A stretch of 64,000 nt of DNA from Octopus sinensis (Eukaryota). Position numbers and translations under genes: made by a program. The DNA is taken from assembly GCF_006345805.1 (NCBI RefSeq), contig NC_043009.1, positions 40,300,001-40,364,000 of the forward strand, read 5' to 3'. Shown here piece after piece: positions 27,636 to 38,336 of this stretch (its first letter is position 1; each line of letters opens with the position of its first letter). The notes beneath the pieces were generated by a model. It had not been told where the DNA came from, did no database searches, and saw only the letters and a program-made list of their open reading frames with translations.

Positions 27636-28033
27636 CAGTTTCATATTTTGGCACAAGGCCAGTAATTCCGAGGGAGAAAGAAAATCAGTTGCGTCAACCC
27701 CAGTGCCCAACCAATTCTCATTTAACTGACTCCCGAAGGGATGAAAGACAATGTCGACCTCGGCAGAGTTTGAACTCAGATATAAAGAGGAACGAAACGC
27801 CTATTTCTTTACTACTCGCAAGGGGCTAAACACAGAGGAGACAAACAAGGACAGACAAACGGATTAAGTCGATTACATCGACCCCAGTGTGTAACTGGTA
27901 CTTAATTTATCGACCCCGAAAGGATGAAAAGCAAAGTCGACCTTGGCAGAATTTGAACTCAGAACGTAACGGCAGTCGAAATACGGCTACGCATTTCGCC
28001 CGGCGTGCTAACGTTTCTGCCTGCCCGCCGCCT
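27636..28033 (-). mobile_element. Young family B SINE fused to an older family B copy
   Basis: Young copy 27800-28033 (tail GTAGTAAAGAAATAGG on minus) runs directly into the headless older copy 27636-27799. Confidence 0.85.
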
Positions 28034-29389
28034 TACCGAGAGCCATATTACAAGTAAATACACCTTGATATCAGATCATTAAGTAATTAGACATTAAACA
28101 ATTCATGCCAGAAAAATACTACATACGGTCAACTGAAGAATTCCTAGTCAAGGTGATATTATGTCCATCGTTCCTGCCTTCGCGCGGATCGTTTGTTTAT
28201 CGATGCTTCCGTAACACAAACGAACAGAAAGCATTTTAAATCATGTACACAACCACACACGATATCCGCTAACACACTGAAAATATTATTTATGCCAAGT
28301 ACAACGGGTGTCTCTTTTCACTAAAGTTGTAAACTTCACGACTCCAACTGTTATATTGGCCATACAAAGAATTCAACAAGAAGCAGTTGCAATGCACTTC
28401 CGAGTTTTCCGGAGCTGCTGCAATATGGTATTTATTTCCAGTCAAGTGTGCGGTGCTTTAAAAGTAGAATATAAGGAGTGTTCAATCTATAGCTATCACA
28501 TTTGTGTGCGTGTGAGTGTGTGTGGGTGGGTGTGTTTCTGTATGCATGTATGTGTGCTTGCAAGAAACTAAGAACTATATTTATCCAATACGATGTTATT
28601 AAAGAGGGTATAATATGAACTGAGGGCGATTTCGCTACTGTTTTTAGGAGATTGATCGACTACGTGGAGCTTCCATCTTTGGCTTCGTGATTAAATGTTA
28701 GGTACCTAGCTCGGTGGTCGAGATGAGAACTTCGGAACCTGTGGATTGCTATTTCACCACTTTATCGATTCAACCGTTTCTGTGGCTACTGTGTTGTTAT
28801 CACATTGGAGAATGTAATTATTTTTATTTCCAAAAATATTATATTGTTTTGTTTATTTTATGATTGTTACTATTTTCTGCGATGTTATTAAAATATTTTG
28901 AATACATCAGACATGAGATAAATATTGATTTCGTTCTTTGTCATGAATATAAATAAGTTTATAAACTGCAAAATCTGAATACCGCGAGGAAAGCCTAATC
29001 CTAAATTGATTACCTCCCTTTGGTCTTGGGTTCAAAACTCGCCAGCATTTCAGGTTTACAGAGTCTTTAAAAGTTACTGGAGAAATATATCACAACCAGT
29101 CACATAAACTATAGTTTTGACCCCCATATTCCACTTGGCCGCAATGCGATTCTAAGGATTTGGTATTCACGTAGTATATCTTGATGACATCAGCTTTGCA
29201 GATACAATCCTTCTTCGGTATGAGTTACACTCAGTATTTTAAGTTGATAAAGCACTCATAAATACTGTAGTGCTCCCACTCCTTATATCATTCAGCTTAA
29301 TATCCCATGGTACCTTAAGGCGACTTACTCCCTCCCTCGGAAATGCTGGCCCTGTGCCAAAATTTGAAGCCACTATATAATGCATGCTT

Positions 29390-29830
29390 ATGAGTGGTGA
29401 GCTGGCAGAATCGTCAAACAAAATGCTTAACAATTATTATTTTGGCTCTTTACGTTTTGAGTTTAAAATTCCACTGAAGTCGACTTGAAAAAAGGTAAAG
29501 TTACCTTACCTTCTCGAGTCATGCCGACTCATAAGGTTTGCTGGTTTCCCCACCTGGACGGGACACGGGTCCGTTACAGGGTCACTCATTTGTACCAGCT
29601 GAGTGGACAGGAGCAACGTGAAATGAAGTGTTTTGCTCAAGAACACAATGCGTCGCCCAGTCCAGAAATCGAAACCACTATCTTACGATCATGAATCAGC
29701 CACTGTAATCATCAAACCTCCACGAGGTCGACTTTGTCTTTCATTGTTTCGTGGTCGATAAAAGAAGTACAAGTTAATTACCAGGGTTGAAGTAATCAAC
29801 TAACCCTTTCCCTTCAAAATAGCTGGCCTT
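29390..29830. mobile_element. Old family B SINE (+) with nested family D-type SINE (-) at ~29487-29712
   Basis: CCAC(T)GA(A/G)GTCGACTT is duplicated on both sides of the insert. The insert has TTGTGTTCTTGAGCAAAACACTTCATTTCACG on the minus strand. Confidence 0.75.
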
Positions 29831-30626
29831 TTATTAAAATGAAAAAGAAATAATCTTATTAACTCCTGAAAAGTAGGGAGCTGACAGGCTCGTCAGAAGG
29901 TCGGAAGAAAATGCTTTGAAAATCTGTCTCGGTACTTTGCGTTTTGGATTCAACTTTGCCTGAGATTAACTTTGCCATTTTCATCTCTCTTGGGTCGATA
30001 AAATGAAGTACCAGTCAATTACTGAGGTCGATGGTAACCAATTAATGCCCCTTCCCTCAAAATTGGTGGCTTTGTTTTCAAATGAGAAACCATTTATTCA
30101 CCCTGAAAGACGAAAGGCAAATTTTCGCAAGCAAGATTCGAACTCAGAGCAAAGACGAATCAAAGATAAACACCATCCAACTTTACGTTTTTACAGCCAA
30201 CACTTCATCGTTCAATCGAACTTTACAATTTTCTATCACTTAATTATTACTCTATCATTTTATAATTATCATTTATTTACTTTTTTATTGAATACAATCA
30301 TATATCTTAATTATCAGTCTTCCATTCGATCGATCCACAATGGTATCGTTATCTCCATTTATCATAGCGGTCTCCACCGCCATTGTATATCTACAATTCT
30401 CCAATTTATATATTATTTAAATTTTAGTAAAAGACAAAGACGAAGAAAAAAAAACAAAAAACAAAACGAAAAACAAATTGGTTCTAGGAACTAAAATAAT
30501 GATTTGTAATAATATTTCACTTGAAATACAATTAAAAATAAATCAAAGTTATCGAAAGACCTAGCATATCCCTGAAGCTACAAGTAGATTTTCTGCAATG
30601 CATAAAAACAACCTCGAAACATTTAA

Positions 30627-30663
30627 TGATGATGATGATGATGATTTTGATGATGTGAAGATG

Positions 30664-30742
<79 letters not shown>

Positions 30743-30755
30743 TAATAATAATAAA
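30627..30755. repeat. (GAT)n(AAT)n microsatellite
   Basis: Directly visible. Confidence 0.95.
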
Positions 30756-31124
30756 TGCTAAAACTGTATAAATCAAGTAGCAGTTGGTATTTTCTCAATA
30801 AAAAATGTATCAAGATATAATCTAGAGCTTTTAATTTCTAGAATCGAGGTAAAAAAAAAATACTGTTTGAATAGAAATTGAATTGCTTAGCAAAGCCTTA
30901 TTGAACATCAACATATGTATTCCTTCAGGAGATTTTGATTTCCTCTTCATATAAATTTTTATTTTACTTGAAAAATCCAAGGACTATATTTAGGAGCAGG
31001 CCTTTACACGGTCTATTTATTAATAACTGTCTTCATATTCCTATGGGCATTTTTAGTTGATGTAATCATAGATTTTTACATCTGTGTGGAATATAAACTG
31101 AATTTAACGACGTGATTATTGAGA

Positions 31125-31394
31125 TAGTAGTAGTAGTAGCAGTGGTAGTAGTAGTAGTAGTAGTAGTAGCAGCAGCAGCAGCAGTAGTAGTAGTAGTTGT
31201 TGTTGTGGTGGTGGTACTGTCGTAGTATTGATGTGGTGATACTAGTAATAGTACTAGTAGTTTTAGTGGTGGTGCCTGTCGTAGTAGTGATGTGGTGATA
31301 CTAGTAGTAGTAGTAGTAGCTGAAGTGGTGGCGGTCGTGGTGGTGATACTAGTGGTAGTAGCATTATTATTAGTAGTAGTAGTATTAGTAGTAA

Positions 31395-31436
<42 letters not shown>

Positions 31437-31546
31437 CAACAACAGCGGTGGTGGTGACAGTGGTATTGATGGTGATAGTGGTGGAGGTAGTAGTAGTTGT
31501 ACCTCCGGTGGTGGTGATAGTGTCTGTTGTAGTAGAGACGTGGTGA

Positions 31547-31605
<59 letters not shown>
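31125..31605. repeat. Degenerate (TAG/TGG)n region
   Basis: Directly visible; GTGGTGATACTAGT recurs internally. Confidence 0.9.
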
Positions 31606-31607
<2 letters not shown>

Positions 31608-32139
31608 TAATGATGTAATCGCTACTGAAATAAAGACAGAATTTAGAAATATTTTTACTACTGTCAAATACTGAACTAACTTCAATATATTTTCTTTTCA
31701 TTTCTATTTTTCTTCCAATTTTCATTTTCTGGAAATTTCTTTTTTCTTCTTAATTTTAACCAAATTTTCAAATCCTGTACAGTTTAATTGTTCAAATCGT
31801 TTTCCGGGATTTAGTTACTCGTTTGTGCGAACAATTTAAAGTCCCTTTTTCTCACACAACAGACGATAAAATAATAAACTGACATTAATACAATAATAAA
31901 CCAGATAGTCGCTTGGGGAACGATAAAAACGGAAAAATTCCGCAAGGTGGAGTTAGTTGTCAATAACTATTGAAAAGTTTCTGATAAAGATTCCAGTTGC
32001 GAGAATAAATTTTTACCTCGATTTCTTCTTCAACGATACCAACGTGAAATTTCAGAACAATGAAAATGTGATAAGATTCGTACGGTAATAAAAACTGATT
32101 AATCCGAACGAACGAATTGAGATGATGGAGAGAGATAAA

Positions 32140-32197
<58 letters not shown>

Positions 32198-32198
32198 T

Positions 32199-32230
<32 letters not shown>

Positions 32231-32320
32231 ATGTTAATAATAATAATAATAATAATAATAATGATGATAATAATAATAATAATAATAATAGTGATAATAA
32301 TAGTAATAATAATAATAGTG

Positions 32321-32368
<48 letters not shown>

Positions 32369-32398
32369 GTGATAATGATAATAATAATAATAATAGTG

Positions 32399-32452
<54 letters not shown>

Positions 32453-32525
32453 GTGATGATAATAATAATAATAATAATAGTGATGATAATAATATAATAA
32501 TAATAATAATAATAATATAATAATA

Positions 32526-32590
<65 letters not shown>
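32140..32590. repeat. (ACT)n followed by (AAT)n with AGTGAT interruptions
   Basis: Directly visible. Confidence 0.95.
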
Positions 32591-32592
<2 letters not shown>

Positions 32593-34385
32593 TGAATAAA
32601 TAAATGAATTTAATTTCAATGTTGATGATTTAAAACTAAATACACAAACATGTTCAAAAAGCTTATAATGAAATGGGTTTCGTCTTATTTTTATGCCATG
32701 TATCAACTTGCAATTCCCATGTTTGCTGTAGCATAAACTGAATGTCAAACTCAAACTCTTCAAATTCTTCGTTCTTTAAAAGACAAATTACAACTTCCAA
32801 AGAGGAAAAATATGGATGTTTTTCTTTTCTTTTCTTTTCTCTCCCTATTTTTTTTTTTCGCATTTCTTACTTTTTTTTTTCCTTTTGACTTCTTCTTCAC
32901 TTCTAGATTTGTATTGCTTCCACGATTCATTCCAGTTGCGGAATGGGAGTTTAAGAACTGCAATTCATTCATACCAACGTTCTTTTAGAATCGGTTCAGA
33001 AAATGAAATGAAAAACAAATACAAAATAATTATTCAGTAGAGATAAAACATAGAGCGAAATTTATTATCTTTTTTGTAAGTTTTTCTGATTAAGATGACG
33101 GGCCTTAAAACATACATATTTATAATAACGTGAAATTGAAGCGTGTTGTGTAAAGGGTTTCTTTTCTAGACAAAATACACTTCTATTTATAGATATTAGA
33201 CTATCTTTTTTGATTTCCTCTAAAGTTTAGAAACCTATTTCGGCAAACACCTACAGTTCTGTAACAAATTTAGTGATGCCAAAATGGTACAATATTCTAA
33301 TGATGTATCAGACTGAAGCCATTACACATCACTCAGGTATCTATATTAATAAACTGCTCAGAGACATTAAAAAAAAAACTAATATTGTGATTAGCGTTGT
33401 TGCTACTGATGAAAGCTGTCTTATTCGTCTTCCTGCAAAAGTAGAATGGTTACTCTACAAAAAGTATTGAGTGGTCATTCAGTTTAATGTAAAATAATTT
33501 TTATATATAAAGGGGGAGAGATATATACAGAAAGATAGGCGTGGCTGTGAGGTACGAAATTTGCTTCCCAATCACACGGCTTCGGCTTCAGTCCTCCTGT
33601 GTGTTCCCTTAGGTAAGTGTCATCTGCTATACCGTCGGGCCGACCGAATCCGTCTGATTGGTTTTCGAAGAAGGATACTGAAAGAAGCTCCTCGTATATA
33701 TATATATATATATATAGTTATGTTTGGCGATTGTCATACTATTTGCCAATTAACCACACGCACTATATGCTTGATCTTCACTTCAGCTTCATCATCATTA
33801 TTACTATTGCCTGAAATCTTACGTTACACATCCTGTGGCCTCTTCAATAACTCTCCTCACCACGTGTCTTCTCCAATATATATACATGTGTGTGTGTGTG
33901 TGTGTGTGTGGTGTGTTGAATATTGGTAATTCATTGAATAATTGACTCCGTGCGTAATTACTGTAGCATTATATTTTAATCTGTGATAAATATACATTTT
34001 TTTATTGATTGCTTAATAGATAGGCATTTTGTTAGCATTTGTTTAGAATACCTTGTTTGCCAAGAGCTCGCATGAGGTGCTACTGAGTTAATTGTCGAGA
34101 TCATAAAGATTTCACCTGATGTTTGCACCGTGTAAAACAAGAGACGCAAAACAAACTTTCAGCGGCGTCTTAATTAACAACAAAAAACTATATATCTACG
34201 GAGAAGCAGCTTGATTTATACTGTTTGTATGGATACTATATAGGTTACATATATTATATCATACTTTGATACTGCGTGGACAGAGATCCCGGTTGGCAGA
34301 CCCCTGATATTTAAAAATAACGTGTTAACACATGGTATGCAAATTAGCATCTCCAATTTTGTGTAGTTGCTGCAGTTGTTGTGTG

Positions 34386-34514
34386 TATAAACATATTGTG
34401 TGCTTACTTTTTTTTTTCAAGGATTTGACAAACTGATGGATTCCCATCAGAGGAGTCTACATCAGTTTGTCAAATCCTTGAAAAAAAAAGTAAGTAGCAG
34501 ACAATATGTTTATA
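34386..34514. other. Hairpin with ~54-bp arms abutting the 3' end of the Penelope-like element
   Basis: 34386-34438 pairs with 34460-34514. Confidence 0.9.
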
Positions 34515-34595
34515 TATCTTATAATGATAAAATATAATATAATATAATATAATATAATAAAATAAAATAATAGAATGTTAAATGTTCATTCTGAT

Positions 34596-34640
34596 TGAAC
34601 TAGTACTTTCATGCATTAAATTATGCAATCTTCAGGTTCA
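34596..34640 (-). ncRNA. Minimal type I hammerhead ribozyme motif
   Basis: Minus strand reads UGAAC-CUGAAGA-U-UGCAU-aauuua-AUGCA-U-GAAA-GUAC-UA^GUUCA. Stem I is 5 bp, the core is intact, stem II is 5 bp plus a U.U closing pair, stem III is the palindrome AGUACU, and the site is CUA. Confidence 0.75.
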
Positions 34641-35110
34641 TGTAGTAGTGGTAACAGTCATGCTTCACAATTTTTTACTGTAGCGAGATGGTTAAAATCT
34701 GTGCCTTAAATACACATGTGTAGGCTCCAGATTGCTAGGCTTTGCAAGCTGTATTCTGACCAATCAGTGTGTAGCATCACTCAATTATTTAAGCTGATTG
34801 GTTTAGGCGTCACGCTTTGTTGAACATGTCAAGAGTCCTGTATCTTAACCCTGGCCGAGGCAGCAATTGTTGGGCTATCTTTAGAAATGTTGTAAATAGC
34901 CTTTGTCAGGGATTTTTATATTTCAATTGTCATCATCATCATTGTCCGCACCTTAATTATTGTTGCTAGTGGTGATGGTGGTGGCAATAGAACGTTTAAC
35001 CCTAAATAAGATAATTTTCCTGCTATCTTCATCTTGATCACCTTTAGTATTGTTGTTGTTGTTAGTGGTCATGGTCGTAGCAGTAGAAGTAGTACCTCTA
35101 AGTATTATTA

Positions 35111-35367
35111 TTATTGCTTATTTAGCTTGGGTTCGAATTTATCAATAAAATTCTTTTCCCTGATTTTCCTCTCGATTTCACTTGGGTTGTGTAATTCGTA
35201 GAATGGAAATATTATATATATTTTCCGACCACATGTTGCTAAGTGGTTACTCAAAGGTATCTGACGGACCTCTGGGTCTCTAATCTGTTGTCGGTGTACA
35301 CGTGAGCGTTCTGATAGTGCATTTCCCGTCTGACCTACATATATTTCTTCACAATTTGGGCATACTA
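35111..35367 (-). pseudogene. C-terminal GIY-YIG endonuclease fragment of the Penelope-like element
   Basis: VCPNCEEIYVGQTGNALSERSRVHRQQI...LSNHL...ERKIREKNFIDKFEPKLN*: YVGQT motif, catalytic R and E, CxxC plus two His, terminal PxLN. The ORF's first ~25 aa come from the inverted repeat. Confidence 0.9.
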
Positions 35368-35767
35368 AAGATGAAGATAGCAGGAAAATTATCTTATTTA
35401 GGGTTAAAAGTTCTATTGCCACCACCATCACCACTAGCAACAATAACTAAGGTGCGGACAATGATGATGATGACAATTGAAATATAAAAATCCCCGACAA
35501 AGGCTATTTACAGCATTTCTAAAAATAGCCCAACAATTGCTGCCTCGGCCAGAGTTAAGATACAGGACTCTTGACATGTTCAACAAAGCGTGACGCCTAA
35601 ACCAATCAGCTTAAATAATTCTATTTAACATTCTATTATTCTATTTTATTTTATATTATATTATATTATATTATATCATTATAAGATTGTAAATTAAACG
35701 TGAAAATCAGACAAGGTTGGAATTCCTTTTATTAATATATTCTTCTATACACAATCACACACACCCG

Positions 35768-35867
<100 letters not shown>

Positions 35868-36714
35868 CACTCTCTGTATATATATGTATACTGTTGCTAT
35901 TATGCAAAAATGTGTCGTAAGCCCAAAACGTTGCTTTTATAGAAAACAAAAAATAGTTTCACCATTCCGTAGCAAAACCGTTCTGCAACACTTTGGCAAT
36001 TTTTGATATCTTGGCATCTGAAGTAGCTGGAGATACAATAGTTTGACCAAAAGCACCGGCCATTGCAAGTGAATATTAATACTGAAATCAATACATTGGA
36101 CCAAATTCGGACATATAACAGCAACGATATGTATTTAGATGATCCTAACGTTCTGTGTTCAAAATCTGCCATTATTACTATTATTATTGAGCGGCCCATA
36201 CCGCCAAAGTGACACTGGGGTACAAATATTCCTGTCATGAGTATCCAACAGATAAGGGTACACCAGGCGTATGCATCACAACCGTATGTGCGTGACATGA
36301 TGATCTCGTATCAGTATAAATGGTGCATGACCTTGCAGGACATGCTCAACTAGTTAAGGTCATGCAACTCACAAACTAATCTGCTGTATTGAGCAGTATA
36401 TCTGCTGTAGCCCATTTTTTACAACAAGGCAAAACATCTGCACGTTAAAGCTGCCAATCAATTACAACTAGAAGCCATTAGAGATACGGCTTGGTACTGT
36501 GTCTGAGCAATTAATATTGCTATGTTGACCTCGGGGGAATTTGAACTCCAAATTATATTCTAATTTCAAGTTCCACCGAGGTCCACTTTCATTCTTTCGG
36601 GAACGAAGAAATAAGTACGATTTGATTACTTGGGTCGATGTAATCGACTAGCATCCTCCCCCCAAATTTCGGGCCTTTGGCTATAGTAGAAAGAAGTATT
36701 ATTTATATTATTTT

Positions 36715-37500
36715 ACTTCTCAGAACGTTCGGTCTTGTTTGTTCTGGTAGATTCTGTGAGAGCGGACAGCAGCCTGCAGTCAGGGATCTCACAGGCTCAG
36801 TCGCTTTCCGCACATTATAAGCTTTGATACTTGGTTGTTAATTATCGTGGGAGACGTTCAACATCCAAGAACCAATCTCAAAATCCTAGCTGTCCTTAGC
36901 AGAGTAGTTTTTAGGGCTTTCTCTGCTCTCATATCAATTCCGATTTCTTTGATATAGTTCTCGAACTTGGTTGTAATCGCTCTGAGTACCCCTACAACTA
37001 CTGGAATGACAGACACTCTTTTCATAGTCCACATTCTTGCAATTTCGCTTTTTAGTAGTCTTTACTTTTCAATCCTTTCTAGTTCTTTATCATTTATGCG
37101 TGCATCTCCAAGTATTGCAATATCTATCATCTTGGTTTCTTTTTTCCCTATATCTGCCACAACAATATCTTTGTTTCCGAGCCTCGGTTAAGGAGCCACT
37201 CTGTATATTAAAATCTCACAGTACGTTATGTTCCTTGCTCTTGGTGACTCATTCTGGTTCATGTTCGTACCTTTCCGCGCTCTGTTCAGGCTCTGTTCAG
37301 GCCTTACCTTTAACACATAGCCTCCATTTTGTAATGCATTTGGGCCAGCTTGCTACACTCACTCACAATACGGGAGATTGTTTCCCTTGTGCTGCCACAC
37401 ATCCTACAAAGGGGCGATTCTCTGAGGTACTGCCCATTCAGTGCTTTCATTTTCCAGTTGTTTACTCTAGTATCTTAAATGTTTGTGGGTGCATCACATA
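36715..37500 (-). mobile_element. R4/Dong-type LINE 3' fragment (zinc knuckle + restriction-like endonuclease)
   Basis: Broken minus frames give CRMCGSTRETISRIVSECSKLAQMHYK, EHEPE, DFNIQ, KETKMIDIAILGDARINDKELERIEK, VIPVVVGVLRAI and LLRTARILRLVLGC*. Confidence 0.88.
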
Positions 37501-37637
37501 TTTGGTAGGTATTATACTGTTAATTCTAACAGCGTATCATTATTATTATTATTATTTTTATTTTTTTTATTGTTGTTGTTGTTCTTCTTCTGCTTCTTCT
37601 TCTTATTCTTATTATCATTATTGTTATTATCATTATT

Positions 37638-37928
37638 ATGTCAGGTCTTGTTGGAACTCCTGATGTCTTGCGCGTGTAGCAGGCTTACTCCCTGGATCCT
37701 ACCATGGTATTTGTTCTTTACAACTATCTAATACTTTCCTGATTATTCTGGCTATGCCAAGGCGGCAAACCTTTTGTAACAGTTCTACTGGGCACTCTAT
37801 TCCAATTTCCTTTATATTCCTCTTGATGCCTTCTGATACTTTTCCCAAGATTCCAACAATAACTGGCAGTATGTTTACCTTCTTCATTTTCCATAACCGG
37901 GCCATTTCGTTCTTAAGAGAGTTGTATA
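37638..37928 (-). mobile_element. Second R4/Dong-type LINE 3' end
   Basis: LKNEMARLWKMKKVNILPVIVGILG...LLQKVCRLGIARIIRKVLDS; its 3' end runs into AATAAT-type repeats. Confidence 0.82.
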
Positions 37929-37958
37929 CTACTGCTACCACTACTACTACTACTACTA

Positions 37959-38040
<82 letters not shown>

Positions 38041-38041
<1 letters not shown>

Positions 38042-38267
38042 TTAGGCATGATAAAAAAATATTCAGACAAATACATAACAAAAACACCAGGACTTACAAA
38101 CACATATAACATACAGAAAATCGCACAACTAGGCACTGCACACATCCTACGCAGAACACTTTCCATACAATAACCATCAGAGCATCACAACAAATCACAG
38201 CACATACCCAAGGCACACAGAGCTGCGCTCGGTAGTGGAGTGAAAGCACGCTATAAAAATAAAACTA

Positions 38268-38270
<3 letters not shown>
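38041..38270 (+). mobile_element. Third R4/Dong-type LINE 3' end, inside (TAA)n
   Basis: LGMIKKYSDKYI...IQKIAQLGTAHILRRTLSIQ*, flanked on both sides by pure (AAT)n. Confidence 0.8.

Positions 38271-38336
<66 letters not shown>

Larger units (their letters stand above)
34516..35687 (-). mobile_element. Penelope-like retroelement, 5'-truncated, with inverted partial terminal repeat
   Basis: GIY-YIG ORF end on minus. 35368-35620 is an inverted copy of 34783-35035, and 35623-35687 an inverted copy of 34516-34583. A hammerhead motif lies at 34596-34640. Confidence 0.88.

Noticed and set aside
31066-32763. Poly-Thr, poly-Ile and poly-Asn ORFs resembling mucins
   Set aside because: Trinucleotide repeats that are open in several frames, with no unique coding flanks or splice support.
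37699-38173. Overlapping 155-aa and 139-aa ORFs with poly-I/S/V tracts
   Set aside because: Chance read-through between two opposed LINE ends across a microsatellite.
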